In this document: positions 61,501 to 64,000 of the stretch, in pieces | How positions within the stretch are numbered: the first letter of the stretch is position 1 | Layout of the letters: each line of letters starts with the position of its first letter | From: Pirellulales bacterium | GTDB taxonomy: Bacteria > Planctomycetota > Planctomycetia > Pirellulales > PALSA-1355 | Length of the DNA stretch: 64,000 nucleotides | Assembly (NCBI GenBank): GCA_963733035.1 | Contig: CAVTBU010000005.1 | Span: forward strand, 1,472,001-1,536,000 | Reading direction: 5' to 3' | The notes under the pieces: model-generated | Seen by the model: only the letters and a program-made list of their open reading frames with translations | What the model was told of the DNA's origin: nothing | Database searches by the model: none | Program-made: the position numbers and the translations under genes

Positions 61501-64000
61501 TTGCCAAAGCTGACGCTGCCTGGCCCGCTAACCGTGCTCCACTGGGTAATTAAGTTGGACGGGCTGGGCAGCCCGTCGTCCGACACCGAACCGCCTAGCG
61601 CGATGGCCACGCCCGCCTGTCCGCTAACATCCGAGCCTGCACTCACCGTGGGCGGCTGGTTGGTAGCGATTCCCGGTGGGAAATCTCCCGCGTAAAGGGC
61701 AGTCACTTCGCTGGGATCGAGTGCCCGATTGGCAATCAGGACGTCGTCAATCCGGCCCCGCATGCCACGGCTGCCGGTGGGATCGGCTCCGATTCCCAAC
61801 CCGAGGTTATTGGCATTGATCGTGAACACGGCCGCCTTTGACGCTTCCAGTTGGCCGTTGATGTACATGCGAATCGTGGTGCCGTCGTACGTGGCCACGA
61901 CGTGCATCCAGGTGGTGCCATTGGTCGGATAAGTAGAATTCGAATCCAAGCGGAATGAATTGCCCGAGCTGGCCTGGTTGAAGCGTACGAATACCGTTCC
62001 CGAGTTACTCAGCGACAACTCATAACCGTTCACGTTTCCGGTCGACTTTTGCACCACCGATTGGGTTCCGGTCGTGTAGGGCGCGATCCAGGCGGCGATG
62101 GTGATGTTTTGAGTAACATTGAGACTTGATGAGTTGGGCACCAAAGTCGACTGACTTGCGGTTCCCATAATCAGGCCATTGCCGTTTTGTCCGGCACCGA
62201 AAGAGGCCCCTTGTTGCAGGGTGCCGTCATTGCCTTTGCCGGACGAATCATGGGCCGTTGAACCCGAAGCTTCGTTAAAATGCCAGAATCCCATGATGCC
62301 ACTGGACGCCAGCACGGCATTGATAGTGATCGTATTGGGGCTTGGGTCGAGGTTCACTCCGCCATTGGCGGACCCGCCGTCGTCTTGAACCTGAAATGTA
62401 AAGCTGGCATAGTTCGACCCCTGCGCGTCGGCCGCCGGCGTAAACTGCAACTTGCCCGCCGCAATATCAGCCGCGGAGACGAACTGCCCGATAGAGACGG
62501 CCGCGCCGTTGTATGTCAGGGCACCCGCGCCCGGCAGACTGGCAATTCGCACCGCTTGCAATGCGTTGGCCGGGGAATCACCAGGATCGCTGAAACCAAA
62601 ATCGACAACCTTCAAAGTGTACGCGACCCCGCTGATCGTCGTGATCGTGTTGTCGCTGCCGGACGGTGCGTCGTTCACCGCAGTCACATTGACGGTAATG
62701 GTGTTCGGCGTCGGATCGAGGTCGCTGCCACCGTTGGCCGTGCCGCCGTTATCCTGCACTTGAAAGGTGAGGCTCGTGTAACTCGAACCGTTGGCATTGG
62801 CTGCGGGAGCAAACTTGAGCTTGCCGGCTGTGATGTCGGCCACCGCAATGAACTGCCCTGCAGAGACTGCCACACCGTTGTCACTCAGCGACCCAGCCGC
62901 GGGCAGCGTGGTGATCTTCACCGCCACCAGACTGCCCGCTGGCGAGTCATTGGGGTCGCTGAAGCCGAAGTCGGCTGCGGAGAATGTATACGCCGTGTCC
63001 TCCAGCGTGGTGATGATCTTGTTCGTCCCAGACGGCGGATCGTTTACCGCCGTGACGTTGACTTGAAGATTAACTGTCTGTGTCTGGTCTGCGGTAAGTT
63101 GTCGTTGAACTTGTTGGCCATTGACATTGGCAATTGCTGTGAAGGGATTGTAGCCCGTCTTGGTGGCACCTTGCGTTTGAAACTCCGTTAGAACAGCGAC
63201 AACCTGGCCGCGGGCGTCGGTGGACCCAGAAAATACTTGGTTTCCCAGTTTGTCGGTGGCCGTGACGCGAGCATTGGCCACGGCCGCGCCGTCAGAGTCG
63301 ATGACCCGTACAGTGGTAGTCCACTTTACCGAAAATGCCATCCGGTTGTCGGGGTTGCCAGCTCCGTAGTCTTTCACAATCGCGTCAGCAAGATATTGCT
63401 TCGAGGCGGCGTCCTCGAAGGTTGTGTCGATCAGTGAAATCTGTGTATGTAGATTTTGATTGGGCCAATAGTACGCGGTAAACACATGCGGAGTGGCGAC
63501 CGGATTGGAAACGACCACATGCGAACGTACCAGGTCCAACACCGACCCAGTCGATTCTCCCACGATACCGTCATTGGTGACTAGCGTGTTATCCGCAAAC
63601 GTCACTGCATCGGTCGTTGCCCCGTCCAACTTGATCGTCGCCGCCCTTGCCCCATTGGAAATCGCGCGGAAGGTGTTGTTGTGGACGGAGACGTTCGAAG
63701 ACGTGTAACCGCCATAGTTGTTCAAACGGAACGCATACGCCTTGTGAACGTCGCCGTGTGCGTAAACGTTATTGCCGTAGACTTCCATGTTGCTGACGTT
63801 TTCGAGCTGGATTCCATAGGCACCGTAGGCATTGACACCTTCGTACTCTTGATTATTCGCAAGCTCTTGAACGTGAATCGTGTTGTCATAAATCCTGCCT
63901 GGCAGCGCAATCGTTCCGCCTGCCACGGCGATCCCGCGAGCCGTGTACTCTCCTGTGCCGCAATTGATCACGTTGTCATGTACTTGACTGCCGGCGGTGG
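58589..64000 (-). CDS. Giant surface protein C (5' end outside window): parallel beta-helix-like region, carboxypeptidase-regulatory-like domain, 2 cadherin-like repeats, 4 LamG and 3 PKD-like domains
   Basis: Frame is open to the window edge; repeated IYDNTI / VYGNNV / VHNNTF turns. The stop at 58695 follows a G6 run, and the alternative frame to 58589 (AEVDVAISELLD) resembles the gene A tail ([12 protein letters not shown]). Confidence 0.85.
58828..63062. repeat. 4235-bp near-identical direct repeat, copy 2
   Basis: Partner of 37895-42129. Confidence 0.95.

Larger units (their letters stand above)
19242..64000. mobile_element. Putative genomic island integrated at tRNA-Gly(CCC); right boundary not visible
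   Basis: Starts at the tRNA 3' fragment with adjacent short direct repeats. Cargo is hypothetical ORFs, duplicated genes, an IS and long intergenic tracts. No integrase is in the window, so the extent is uncertain. Confidence 0.55.

Overview
GC-rich bacterial DNA, most likely from a planctomycete. This is inferred from Planc_extracel-type leaders ([15 protein letters not shown]), planctomycete-type ECF sigma factors, an ECF/Ser-Thr kinase pair and six PEP-CTERM genes. Positions 1-17.5 kb hold mostly ordinary genes: an amidohydrolase, an MscS channel, three Tat-type Gfo/Idh/MocA oxidoreductases, nfeD-flotillin, a ureidoglycolate lyase-like protein, a sulfatase and a ceramidase-like protein. 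Two 3'-end relics of tRNA-Gly(CCC), at 17648-17674 and 19197-19241, mark tandem integration scars. The region to the right of 19.24 kb looks like a genomic island whose other end lies outside the window. Main observations: (1) Of four intact paralogous ECF sigma factors, only the one next to the kinase has Ser in the region-2.2 DAED position; the three kinase-less paralogs have Glu, a natural phosphomimic. (2) A bipartite promoter-like motif, YGTCCR-N15/16-GCGCCT, occurs four times in island intergenic DNA, twice directly ahead of ~90-nt two-hairpin, terminator-ended candidate sRNAs. (3) Three large surface-protein genes share near-identical modules: a 1935-bp gingipain-like (C25) inverted repeat and a 4235-bp LamG/PKD direct repeat. 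One gene is therefore a head/tail chimera of the other two, and the segment between the inverted copies could be invertible. An intact IS3-family element with a GACG target duplication lies in that segment. Many frameshifts look like long-read indel errors. All family calls come from reading motifs by eye; no database searches were run.
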